Origin: Candidatus Pacearchaeota archaeon
Lineage (GTDB): Archaea; Nanobdellota; Nanobdellia; Pacearchaeales; GW2011-AR1
Length of the DNA: 64,000 nt
Direction: 5' to 3'
NCBI GenBank assembly: GCA_002688015.1
Contig: NZBT01000008.1
Span: forward strand, 2,852-66,851
Numbering within the stretch: the first letter of the stretch is position 1; each line of letters starts with the position of its first letter. Shown in pieces: positions 29,520-38,225 of the stretch. The notes beneath the pieces are model-generated. The model saw nothing but the letters and a program-made list of their open reading frames with translations. It searched no databases and was not told where the DNA came from. The translations under genes and the position numbers were made by a program.

Positions 29520-30116
29520 CTATATTATCCAAGACAAGAAAAACAAACCAAGAGCTACAACCATTATAATACCATAAATTCTCTTATCCCAAGCAAGCAC
29601 TTTAGCTCCATCAAAAGGCATAACAGGAATCATATTAAATGCAGCAAGTAAAGCATTAATTGTAAATCCAAAGCTTGCTATCGCTCCTAAAATTCCAGCA
29701 GTATAAAACAATCCCAAAATCATAAACAGAACTGCAAGAACAATATTTGTAACAGGTCCAGCAAGAGAAATTTTTCCATTCTTTGCCCTATTTAATCCAA
29801 ACCCTTGAATAAAAACAGCTCCAGGAGCAGCAATAATAAATCCGAAGAAGCTCAGTCCCACAGCAAGCCAAAGCATTCCATAAAATGCTTTGAATTCCGC
29901 TCGGAGGCCATAGCTAATTGCAACATACTTATGTGCAAGTTCATGTAGTAAGAAGCCGATTCCAGCAGTCAGAAAAGCAACAAGAAAGATAGTAGTAAAA
30001 CCAACTTCTGATTTAAATAAACCAGAAAGGCCTCCTGAAAGCAAAATTGCAAAAGCTAAAGAGAGCATAATCCCTGCATAAAATAAATCTTTCTTTTCTT
30101 TCCTTGAAAATCTCAT
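29520..30116 (-). CDS. M50-family (site-2) intramembrane metalloprotease
   Basis: HELAH, 'SLAGP', 'FNMIP..PFDG'; start placed at MRFS. Confidence 0.9.
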   Translation of the reverse strand: MRFSRKEKKDLFYAGIMLSLAFAILLSGGLSGLFKSEVGFTTIFLVAFLTAGIGFLLHELAHKYVAISYGLRAEFKAFYGMLWLAVGLSFFGFIIAAPGAVFIQGFGLNRAKNGKISLAGPVTNIVLAVLFMILGLFYTAGILGAIASFGFTINALLAAFNMIPVMPFDGAKVLAWDKRIYGIIMVVALGLFFLSWII

Positions 30117-30118
30117 TT

Positions 30119-30709
30119 TCAAGAACAATGAAGTATTCTTTTTAAATTAGCCGAAGTTTGTCTTAGAATTTCCATTTCGTCTCTTGCGTTATCGATCCAA
30201 TCAATCAATTCATCTAGATTAAGGGATTGAGGTAGAAAACTAAGTGAAGGCATCTCCATTGAAAGTATAAGTTTACCTAAATTTCTATATCTCTCATCCT
30301 GAACCATATATGCTCTCTCATTTTTTTCATCGGCGCCAAATCCCTCCAGAAATTCCCTTTGATATCTCTGAAATTTTTCCGATAAATGTTCAGAAATAGT
30401 ATGAGGTGCCCATACTCTTCCACTTGCTTCTTGAGGTCTCAAAATTAGAAATTGATATCCTGTAGGTTTAATATCATCAGATATAGTAAGTCCAAACGCA
30501 GGGCCTGCTAATTTTACATGAGGAAAGTAATCCAATTTTGACAAACTTGGATTTAAATGCAATCCATTAATATAATTAATTTTTAAGAAATGATCATTTT
30601 CTGATACAGTACCAAGAATTTCTCCAACATTAACTTCTCTAGGCTCATAAACTCTAATTCCAATCCTTGAAAGGAATTCATCCCTGTTGTCCAATTCTTC
30701 TTCTGTCAT
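30119..30709 (-). CDS. Hypothetical protein
   Basis: 196-aa ORF, TATA upstream. Confidence 0.6.
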   Translation of the reverse strand: MTEEELDNRDEFLSRIGIRVYEPREVNVGEILGTVSENDHFLKINYINGLHLNPSLSKLDYFPHVKLAGPAFGLTISDDIKPTGYQFLILRPQEASGRVWAPHTISEHLSEKFQRYQREFLEGFGADEKNERAYMVQDERYRNLGKLILSMEMPSLSFLPQSLNLDELIDWIDNARDEMEILRQTSANLKRILHCS

Positions 30710-30804
30710 TTTAATATTATTATAGGAAAGGATCTCTTTATAATAATTTATATGATAAAAACCAAAAAAATAAAAGTATAAAATAAAAAAATAAATTTGT
30801 AAAT

Positions 30805-31542
30805 TTAACCTAGCTTAGAATCTATGATCTGTTGGAAAGCACTAAACGGTTGAGCTCCACTTAAAGCAGTTCCTTCTCCATCTTCTCCCATGATGACAAA
30901 GTATGGTGTTCCTCTTCCTCCAGCCGCCGCCGCATCTCTAAGATCCTTTTGAACTTCTGCTCTCGTTTCTCCCTTGTCTACACAATTAGAGATGTCATAT
31001 CCAAGTTCTTTAGCCCACGTTTTGAAATTAGCACTATTCAAATTAGCTTGATTTTCAAATAAAACATCGTGATATTTGTAATAAGCTTCATCTGATCCAG
31101 ATACTTTCTTAACACATTCTGCTGCTTCTGCCGCAGGTTGCGCTTGTGGATGAATGCTTGTTAGAGGAAAGTCCCTAAATACTATCTTGACTTTTCCAGT
31201 ATCAACATATTCACTCTTCAAAAGAGGGTGTGTATTTGTCGCATGTCTTTGACAGAAAGGACATTGATAATCAGAGAATTCTATAATTGTAACAGGAGCA
31301 TCTTTATCCCCTAAAACTGCGTCATCATCTATACTAGCACTAACTTGACTAGGTTGTGTAGGCTGTTGCGTAGGTGCAACAACATTTCCTGTTCCTGGCG
31401 TTTCAGAATCATCTCCAGTGAAGATAACAAAAGCACAGATTATAACAACTAAAGCAAGAACAAATGTACTATATTTCCAAATCTTATCTTTGCTAATAGA
31501 AATAGTAAGGTCTTCTCCTGATTGTACGTTTTCTTCTTCCAT
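30805..31542 (-). CDS. Membrane-anchored DsbA/thioredoxin-fold oxidoreductase
   Basis: 'IIEFSDYQCPFC', 'RDFPL..IH', cis-Pro loop 'GTP', N-terminal TM anchor. Confidence 0.92.
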   Translation of the reverse strand: MEEENVQSGEDLTISISKDKIWKYSTFVLALVVIICAFVIFTGDDSETPGTGNVVAPTQQPTQPSQVSASIDDDAVLGDKDAPVTIIEFSDYQCPFCQRHATNTHPLLKSEYVDTGKVKIVFRDFPLTSIHPQAQPAAEAAECVKKVSGSDEAYYKYHDVLFENQANLNSANFKTWAKELGYDISNCVDKGETRAEVQKDLRDAAAAGGRGTPYFVIMGEDGEGTALSGAQPFSAFQQIIDSKLG

Positions 31543-31544
31543 AA

Positions 31545-32105
31545 TTAATTACCTCCTTTCATATCTGTATTGAACATGTTTTTCGATATTTTACAGTTTA
31601 TTAAGTCTTTCGATGCCCTATAAATCGTTACCCCTAAAATTCCAATTGCTAAAATACTTATTTCTAAACCATCAAAAGGCAAGAATGTAACTGCCGCCAC
31701 CCCTAATCCCAAAACAGATAACACTCCAACTCCACAAGCAGCACATCCAGGAACAAGGGCTCCAAGGAAAACACCTATGCTCCCAAAGATACTTAATTTT
31801 TTATCAGAGTTTCCAATAACTCTAGTCTTATAAGAAATCAATGAAAACAGCATTCCAAATAATATACTGATAATTATTATTGAAACAAAACTATGAAATT
31901 CAATAGTCTCTTTAAACCCCAAAGACAAAGATAAAAACAACTTGTTCCCTTCAAGAAAACCAAAATTTTGGTAAAAAGAAAAAATAGATTTATAATTAGC
32001 AATAAAGACATTTAAAACATAAAAGAAAAAAGCAATAATTATTGCTAAAAATAAATAACTTCTTTTAGAAAATACAAGTTTCCAAGATCTAAGAACTTCA
32101 TTCAT
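31545..32105 (-). CDS. 4-TM membrane protein with CxxC motif
   Basis: 'PGCAACG' in hydrophobic context, extra C-terminal Cys; its last codons hold the SD of dsbA. Confidence 0.75.
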   Translation of the reverse strand: MNEVLRSWKLVFSKRSYLFLAIIIAFFFYVLNVFIANYKSIFSFYQNFGFLEGNKLFLSLSLGFKETIEFHSFVSIIIISILFGMLFSLISYKTRVIGNSDKKLSIFGSIGVFLGALVPGCAACGVGVLSVLGLGVAAVTFLPFDGLEISILAIGILGVTIYRASKDLINCKISKNMFNTDMKGGN

Positions 32106-32150
32106 ATATTCTCCTAATAAAAATCACTTATAAGTCTTGTGTTAACGCTG

Positions 32151-32375
32151 TTATTTGATTTTTATTCTCATAATTCCCAATAAAACAAGCAGTATCCCCA
32201 CTAAAATATAAACAGTAAGAACAATAGGACTATGAAATATCAAAATTCCAAGCAAAGAATCTTTCACAATGTAGTTAGCTCCCGAATCTACATCGAATTT
32301 AATAAAGTAAGCCAAAATTAAGAAAATTATCCAAATTATTCCAAGAAAGAACGTTATTTTATTATTTATCTTCAT
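32151..32375 (-). CDS. Small 2-TM membrane protein
   Basis: 74 aa, two hydrophobic segments, TATA upstream. Confidence 0.6.
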   Translation of the reverse strand: MKINNKITFFLGIIWIIFLILAYFIKFDVDSGANYIVKDSLLGILIFHSPIVLTVYILVGILLVLLGIMRIKIK

Positions 32376-32446
32376 TCCTTAAAAAGACAAGAAAGTTTTA
32401 AATACTCTTCCCTCTACTCTTTCCTAACACGGAGAAAAAGAGGGAC

Positions 32447-32878
32447 ATGGCTAAAAAATGCATTTATTGTTATTCTGAACTACAGCAAGACTGTGTCATG
32501 GATGTCTGTAGCCCCTGCGGACACAATGTCTGGGGAGAAAAAATGTTTTCTGCAATAATTCAAAATATGGAAAATGCCAGAGAAGCTGGGGACTTATTTC
32601 AAGGATCTGTATCTGATTCTGCAAATACAATATTAGAAAAGTCTAATGAAACGACAAGGCAGCCCGAAGTCCCTCAAAATCCAGAACAGAAAGAGCAGGG
32701 AACAAGCCTTTCCTTATTTGAAGAAGCAATGCAGACTCAAAAATCCATTTCTGCTCAACAAGAATCAGAACTAGAAAATCCCCCACAAGCTCAAGCCCTC
32801 ATCCAAGAATCAGAAGAACAAATAGAAGAAGTAAATCAGGAACCTATTCAAACATCTTCAGACTCTTTCTCCCTATAA
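32447..32878 (+). CDS. Hypothetical protein with N-terminal zinc-binding motif and acidic/Gln-rich tail
   Basis: CIYC...CSPC followed by low-complexity tail. Confidence 0.65.
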   Translation: MAKKCIYCYSELQQDCVMDVCSPCGHNVWGEKMFSAIIQNMENAREAGDLFQGSVSDSANTILEKSNETTRQPEVPQNPEQKEQGTSLSLFEEAMQTQKSISAQQESELENPPQAQALIQESEEQIEEVNQEPIQTSSDSFSL

Positions 32879-32916
32879 TCCAATAGTTTTAAAAACTGCT
32901 TTTTACCTTATTCTAC

Positions 32917-33183
32917 ATGCTTAAACACAAAAGGCAAAGAGACAAAGGAAAATTCTCATTTACGAGATTTTTCCAGAAATTCAGCCCTGGAGATAAGGTC
33001 GCTGTAGTTAGGGAACTAAGTCAAACATTCGGCTACTCAAAGAGATTACAAGGTCGTACAGGGGTTGTCCTAGAAAAACGAGGGGCAGCATACCATATTG
33101 AAATCGCAGACTTAGGAAAGAAAAAGAAATATTTAATTAGACCCATCCACTTAAAGAAAATATACTCAGGAGAAGCAAAATGA
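32917..33183 (+). CDS. rpl21e: 50S ribosomal protein L21e
   Basis: 'F..GDKV', 'QGRTGVV...RG.AY...I.D.GK.K.....P.HL'; synteny with rpoF and DUF655. Confidence 0.92.
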   Translation: MLKHKRQRDKGKFSFTRFFQKFSPGDKVAVVRELSQTFGYSKRLQGRTGVVLEKRGAAYHIEIADLGKKKKYLIRPIHLKKIYSGEAK

Positions 33184-33488
33184 AAGTATTAGAAAAACAA
33201 CCATTAGCACTTGCAGACGTAAAGGCACATATCAAAGATGTAGAAGAAAAAAAGGATCTTTTACTTTATCTAAAGAAATTCACAATCTTGTCTCCTCAAA
33301 AAGCAAAGGCCCTTGCAGAAGAAATAAGAGCCCTTAAAAACGTTAAGATAAAAGAAGAAGATATCATAGCAGTATTAAATTTCCTCCCTAAAGACGCAGA
33401 AGATGTAAATAAAATATTTATTGACGTTTCCCTTTCTCAAGAAGAAATAAATCAAATCCTGGAAATAGTTAAAAAATATGGAGCTTAA
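33180..33488 (+). CDS. rpoF: RNA polymerase subunit F (Rpo4)
   Basis: HRDC-like 'LNFLPKDAEDV', 'EEINQILEIVKKY'; L21e-rpoF-DUF655 synteny. Confidence 0.85.
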   Translation: MKVLEKQPLALADVKAHIKDVEEKKDLLLYLKKFTILSPQKAKALAEEIRALKNVKIKEEDIIAVLNFLPKDAEDVNKIFIDVSLSQEEINQILEIVKKYGA

Positions 33489-33490
33489 AA

Positions 33491-34030
33491 ATGACAGAAA
33501 AAGAAGAAAATGCAATAATCTTAGATTATTTACCTTATGGATATCCAATAGAAAAGAAAATGTCTCCAATAGCTCAGGCTATAGGTCTTAAAACTCTTGC
33601 ATTGTTAGAATTAATTCCTCGTAGAGGAGTCACACTATCAATAAAGGAAAAGGTTTATATAGGTCCAGAGAAGAGAGATAAGATATACTACATCGCCGGA
33701 AGACTAAGGCGGGATAGAATAACAGAAACTGCAAAGATCCAACTGCAGGAGTTCATCGAGGAACTAGTTGGGGAGCAAGAATCTCGTTTTGTCGAGTTCT
33801 TCAATAATGCTCCAGCGATTAATACTAGGCTTCATCAACTTGAACTTCTTCCAGGTTTTGGAAAGAAGCACACCCAAGAGATCATTGAGGAAAGGGCCAA
33901 AAAGGCCTTCAAATCCTTTGAGGATATAAGGGAAAGAGTAAAAAGCATCCCAGATCCAAAGAGCGCAATAGAAAAAAGGGTTATAGAAGAGCTCTTGGAA
34001 AGACAGCGCTTCAATCTTTTTGCACACTAA
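33491..34030 (+). CDS. DUF655 family putative RNA-binding protein
   Basis: 'ILDYLPYG', 'AQAIG', 'RLHQLELLPGFGKK' HhH. Confidence 0.9.
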   Translation: MTEKEENAIILDYLPYGYPIEKKMSPIAQAIGLKTLALLELIPRRGVTLSIKEKVYIGPEKRDKIYYIAGRLRRDRITETAKIQLQEFIEELVGEQESRFVEFFNNAPAINTRLHQLELLPGFGKKHTQEIIEERAKKAFKSFEDIRERVKSIPDPKSAIEKRVIEELLERQRFNLFAH

Positions 34031-34038
34031 AAACAAAA

Positions 34039-34557
34039 ATGGCAAAAGAAAGAAAAGAACAAGAAAAAAATCCTAAGGAACAAAAAGAAGAAGAAAAACC
34101 AAAGGAACGAAGAGAAGAAGAAGAAACTGAAGTTCTAATTAGAATTTTCGGACATGACATTCCAGGAAGTAAGAATATCCTAACCGGTTTAACAAGAATA
34201 AAAGGAATTTCTTGGGCAATTTCAAATGCAGTTTGCCACAAATTAAAACTTATAAAATCCAAGAAAATTTCAGAACTTTCTAAACCAGAAATTCAAAAAA
34301 TTGAAGAATTCTTGAAAAACCCCGATTTCCCAGATTTCATAAAAAACAGACGCTCTGATATAGAAACAGGAGAATCTAGTCATTTGTATTCTAATGATTT
34401 AGATATGAAGAAGGAATTCGATATAAAAAGAATGAGAAAAATAAAATCCTATAAAGGATTAAGACACGCTCAAAAGTTGCCAGTAAGAGGACAGAGAACT
34501 CGATCTAACTTTAGACAAAAAGGACAAGCAGTAGGAGTTAAAAGAAAAGCTAAATGA
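34039..34557 (+). CDS. rps13: 30S ribosomal protein S13
   Basis: 'LTRIKGI', 'NRRSD.ETG', 'SYKGLRH...LPVRGQRT'. Confidence 0.95.
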   Translation: MAKERKEQEKNPKEQKEEEKPKERREEEETEVLIRIFGHDIPGSKNILTGLTRIKGISWAISNAVCHKLKLIKSKKISELSKPEIQKIEEFLKNPDFPDFIKNRRSDIETGESSHLYSNDLDMKKEFDIKRMRKIKSYKGLRHAQKLPVRGQRTRSNFRQKGQAVGVKRKAK

Positions 34558-35153
34558 TAAGGAAGAAAAAACTTTTCGTGCGTCCTAAAAAAGCTTTTGA
34601 ATCCTCAAGAATTCAAGAAGAAAACTCTTTGGTTTTAGAATACGGTTTAAAAAACAAAAGAGAAATTTGGAGAACTCTTGCAAAAGTAAATTACTACAGA
34701 AAGAGAGCAATGGAACTTGCACGTGCTTCAATAGAAGAACAAGAAGTCCTCTTCAACAAACTACGTTCCCTTGGATTAAAAATAGAAACTGCTGCAGACG
34801 TCCTCGATTTAAAACCTGTTGACTTACTAGAAAGAAGACTTCCTACAATTGTCTTTAAAAAAGGATTAGCAAATACTGTAAGACAAGCTAGACAAGCAAT
34901 TGTTCATAAAAAAATATTAATCAAAAATCGTGTTGTAAATTCTCCAAGTTATCTCGTTCCTGTTGCATTTGAGGATCTCATAACTTTAAAGCAAAAGAAG
35001 AAAGTAAAGAAAGAAAAGCCTGTTGAAGAAGCTCCTGCTGAAAAAACTGAAGCCCCTGCTGAAAAAACTGAAGCCCCTGCTGAAGCTGTGGAAGAAGCTC
35101 CAAAGGAAGAGAAAGTAGAAGAGAAGTCTGATAACGAAGGAGAAACAAAATAA
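34554..35153 (+). CDS. rps4: 30S ribosomal protein S4
   Basis: 'YGLKNKREIW', 'LERRL.T', 'QARQ.IVH', 'SPSYLV'. Confidence 0.95.
   Translation: MIRKKKLFVRPKKAFESSRIQEENSLVLEYGLKNKREIWRTLAKVNYYRKRAMELARASIEEQEVLFNKLRSLGLKIETAADVLDLKPVDLLERRLPTIVFKKGLANTVRQARQAIVHKKILIKNRVVNSPSYLVPVAFEDLITLKQKKKVKKEKPVEEAPAEKTEAPAEKTEAPAEAVEEAPKEEKVEEKSDNEGETK
35028..35084 (+). repeat. 21-bp tandem repeat (~2.7 copies, EAPAEKT) in the S4 C-terminal tail
   Basis: gaagc(t/c)cctgctgaaaaaact at 35028 and 35049, partial at 35070. Confidence 0.9.
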
Positions 35154-35659
35154 TGGCAAAGAAAAAAGAAAAAGAAGAAAAAACAGAAGAGAAAGAAGAA
35201 AAAGTTGAAGAAAAAGCAGAAGCTCCAAAGGAAAAAACAGAAGAACTTCAAGAACCTGTAAAGCGAAAGTCAGAAAAACCAAAAGAAGAAAGATCAGGAA
35301 TTGCATACATCTACAGCTCTTCTAACAATACAATAGTTCATATTACTGATCTAGCCGGAAACACAATTTCTCGTGTCTCTGGAGGAATGATAACAAAGCA
35401 CTCTAGATTAAAATCAAACCCTACAATTGCTATGTTTGTTGCAAAAAAAGCTTCTGAGCGTGCTCGTGACTTAGGAATCAACGCATTATACGTAAGATTA
35501 AAAGGAAAAACCACAGTCGGAAACACTGGCCCAGGATCACATTCAGCTGTAAAAGCACTTGGAAAAGAAGGTTTCCGTATCGTAAATATTTTAGACACAA
35601 CTAAGTATCCAAGAGGCGGTCCAAAGAAGAAAGGAGGTAAGAGAGGAAGGCGTGTTTAA
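35153..35659 (+). CDS. rps11: 30S ribosomal protein S11
   Basis: 'IYSSSNNTIVHITDL.G', 'GPG', C-terminal 'GGKRGRRV'. Confidence 0.95.
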   Translation: MAKKKEKEEKTEEKEEKVEEKAEAPKEKTEELQEPVKRKSEKPKEERSGIAYIYSSSNNTIVHITDLAGNTISRVSGGMITKHSRLKSNPTIAMFVAKKASERARDLGINALYVRLKGKTTVGNTGPGSHSAVKALGKEGFRIVNILDTTKYPRGGPKKKGGKRGRRV

Positions 35660-35703
35660 GCACAAAGAAAAAGCTTTAAAACCCCTCTAAAACTCATACT
35701 AAA

Positions 35704-36399
35704 ATGCCTACAATATTCAATACACCTGAAAAATTAATCTTAAGATTAAAGACATCAGACTCTCTAGCAAACGCAATCCGTAGATCTGTCTCAGAAGTTC
35801 AAACTCTTGCCATAGAAGAAGTTGAAATTTTTAAGAACGATTCTGCATTGTATGATGAAGTTCTTGCTCATAGACTTGGTCTAGTTCCATTACAAACAGA
35901 AAAGTCAATGACTGAAAAAACAAAAGTAAGTTTTAAATTAAGCAAGAAAGGTCCTGGCACTGTTTATGCCTCCGATCTCTCAGGCTCTGGATCAATTGCG
36001 TTCCCAAAAACACCAATTACAATTCTCAATGAAAATCATAAACTAGAACTTGTTGCTTCTGCTTCTCTTGGCACTGGATTAGAACATGCAAAACACACTC
36101 CTGGCCTCTGCTTTTATAGGCATTTATTTGAAGTAAAATCTTCTCCAGAAGCAGATAAAATAATTAAGAAATCAAAATCTTTATTCAAGCCTGAGAAGTC
36201 TGGAACAAAATGGATTTGTGATTTAAACGATCTTGAAGTTTCTCAAATAGAGAAGACAGGAAAAGACGTCATAAATGAAACAAAAGAAATCTTATTCATA
36301 ATTGAATCTTTTGGAATGCTCTCAGCAAAAGATATTCTATCAGGAGCAGTTAAAGCTCTCGGGAAAAACCTTGACAGTTTTGAAAAGGCTGTTAAGTAA
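35704..36399 (+). CDS. rpoD: RNA polymerase subunit D (Rpo3), without Fe-S cysteines
   Basis: 'ANAIRR', 'NDSALYDEVLAHRLGLVPL', 'HAK', 'IESFG'. Confidence 0.93.
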   Translation: MPTIFNTPEKLILRLKTSDSLANAIRRSVSEVQTLAIEEVEIFKNDSALYDEVLAHRLGLVPLQTEKSMTEKTKVSFKLSKKGPGTVYASDLSGSGSIAFPKTPITILNENHKLELVASASLGTGLEHAKHTPGLCFYRHLFEVKSSPEADKIIKKSKSLFKPEKSGTKWICDLNDLEVSQIEKTGKDVINETKEILFIIESFGMLSAKDILSGAVKALGKNLDSFEKAVK

Positions 36400-36434
36400 A
36401 TCTTTTAAACTTCTTCTATTAATTAGTTCCATAA

Positions 36435-36518
36435 GCGGGAGTGCCAGAGCGGTCAAATGGGCATCGTTAAGGCCGATGTAGCTTAGTGCTTACCAAGGTT
36501 CGAATCCTTGCTCCCGCA
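36435..36518 (+). tRNA. tRNA-Leu(AAG)
   Basis: GCGGGAG/CTCCCGC-A, anticodon arm CATCG-TTAAGGC-CGATG, variable arm identical to tRNA-Leu(CAA) of this window. Confidence 0.92.
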
Positions 36519-36556
36519 TGTTTGTTCACCGTAGGGAGTACTCGAGCAAGAACGAA

Positions 36557-36829
36557 TCAACCTTTCTTCTCAAGCTTCTTCAATCTCTTTTCCAATTCCT
36601 TAATTCTATCTTCACTTACTCTGCTATTCTTATTGTAATGTTTATCCATACTTGTAACAAAATCATTCAAATAAGCATTAAACAGCGTTGAAAGCTTTCC
36701 CCCAAACATATCTAACTTCTTTTTACTCTTATTTAGCAAATCCTTATCTACAGTTATGTTCACTCTAACCTTGTTTTCCTTTCCCTTCCTTACACTTATA
36801 CTCTTCGTCTTTTTCTTCTTATCTTTCAT
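36557..36829 (-). CDS. Ribbon-helix-helix (CopG/CcdA-like) DNA-binding protein
   Basis: 'RVNITVDKDLL...K.......LSTLFNAYL' beta-alpha-alpha pattern plus coiled-coil tail. Confidence 0.65.
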   Translation of the reverse strand: MKDKKKKTKSISVRKGKENKVRVNITVDKDLLNKSKKKLDMFGGKLSTLFNAYLNDFVTSMDKHYNKNSRVSEDRIKELEKRLKKLEKKG

Positions 36830-36830
36830 A

Positions 36831-36861
36831 GTGTGTATAAGTGTGTATTTTAGTATATAAA
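36831..36861 (-). promoter_or_regulatory. TATA box plus 10-bp-phased GTRTAT repeats (putative operator)
   Basis: gtgtat at 36833 and 36843, gtatat at 36853; TTTATATA on the minus strand at 36854-36861. Confidence 0.6.
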
Positions 36862-36908
36862 TCTTTCCCTTAAGAAAGGTTTAAAAACCTTCCAAATTAG
36901 TCCTAACC

Positions 36909-37292
36909 ATGAATGAGATTAGTAAAACAACTTTAAAGAAACGTTCTAAAAATAAGACAGCCCCAGAGCTAGTTGAAACAATCTCCCTCGCTCTAAAGAA
37001 TCCTGCCTGGCTTTCTGTAACGAAAATTCTCTCTGGTCCTACACGTTCTTTTTCAGCAATAAACCTTGATAATATTGATTCCAAAACAAAGGCTGGAGAC
37101 ACTGTTCTCATTCCTGGAAAAGTCCTAAGTAAAGGAGAATTAACAAAAAAGTTAAGAATTGTTGCCCTTTCCTTCTCTGAAAAAGTAAAAGAGAAAGTAA
37201 AAGAAAGCAAATCCGAATTAGTAACAATCCTTGAGGAAATCAAGAAAAATCCAAAATTTGAAGGAATTAAACTAATAACAAACACAAAGTAA
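36909..37292 (+). CDS. rpl18e: 50S ribosomal protein L18e
   Basis: 'INL..I', 'VLIPGKVLS.G', 'VALSFS'; synteny. Confidence 0.92.
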   Translation: MNEISKTTLKKRSKNKTAPELVETISLALKNPAWLSVTKILSGPTRSFSAINLDNIDSKTKAGDTVLIPGKVLSKGELTKKLRIVALSFSEKVKEKVKESKSELVTILEEIKKNPKFEGIKLITNTK

Positions 37293-37293
37293 A

Positions 37294-37791
37294 ATGACAG
37301 AAGAAAACAAAACAGAAAAACCAGTAGAAGAAAAAGCTAAATCAGTAGAAGAAAAAGAAAAAGTTAAAACTGAAAAACAAGAAGAACAAAAAAATCAAGT
37401 TGTAATAGATGCAACAAACGCAACTCTTGGCAGGCTCGCAAGCTACACAGCAAAACAAGCTCTTCTTGGAAAGAAAGTGGCAATTGTAAATTGCAATGAG
37501 GCAATTGTCCTTGGAAATCCAGAATCTGTTACAAAGGCATACATGCAAAAAAGAAGACGTGGCGGAAGTTCCCTAAAAGGTCCATTTTTCCCTAAAAGTC
37601 CTGAAAAAATTGTCAAAAGAACAATTCGTGGAATGCTCCCACATAGAAAGGGCCGCGGTGTCCAAGCTTTAAAGAATATAATGTGTTACAATGTTCTTCC
37701 CGCAGAATTAGAAAAATCAAAGAAGATACTTGCAGGAAAAGTAAAAACATCTGAATCAATTACTCTTCAAGCATTATCAAAACTAATATAA
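37294..37791 (+). CDS. rpl13: 50S ribosomal protein L13
   Basis: 'IDA....LGRLAS', 'KGPFFPK.P', 'RTIRGMLP'. Confidence 0.95.
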   Translation: MTEENKTEKPVEEKAKSVEEKEKVKTEKQEEQKNQVVIDATNATLGRLASYTAKQALLGKKVAIVNCNEAIVLGNPESVTKAYMQKRRRGGSSLKGPFFPKSPEKIVKRTIRGMLPHRKGRGVQALKNIMCYNVLPAELEKSKKILAGKVKTSESITLQALSKLI

Positions 37792-37793
37792 AA

Positions 37794-38225
37794 ATGGCAA
37801 AAAAAACAAAAATCCCAAATATAGAAAACAGAATCTTCTCAGGAAAGAGAAAGACAGCAGTAGCAAAAATTAGAATTAAGCAAGGAACTGGAAATATCTC
37901 TTATAATTTTCTCCCATATGAAGAATTAACTCTCTTCCATAGACTTGCTTTAATAGAGCCCCTTAGAATTTATGAAAAAGAACTCGGGGAAAAAGTAAAG
38001 TTTGATTTTTCTATTAAGACAAAGAGTGGAGGAAAAGAAGCTCAAATCCAAGCATCAAGATTGGCTATAGCCCGTGCTCTTTTGGAAATCTCTGGATCTG
38101 AAACTCTAAAGAAAGCTTTCATTAAATATGACAGAAATATAATTGTTCAAGATAGTAGAAGAAAAGAAGCTTACAAGCCTGGAGACAGTAAGGCAAGAGC
38201 AAAGAGACAGAAATCATTCAGATAA
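37794..38225 (+). CDS. rps9: 30S ribosomal protein S9
   Basis: 'GKRKTAVA', 'GG...Q', 'DSRRKE', 'ARAKRQKSFR'. Confidence 0.95.
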   Translation: MAKKTKIPNIENRIFSGKRKTAVAKIRIKQGTGNISYNFLPYEELTLFHRLALIEPLRIYEKELGEKVKFDFSIKTKSGGKEAQIQASRLAIARALLEISGSETLKKAFIKYDRNIIVQDSRRKEAYKPGDSKARAKRQKSFR

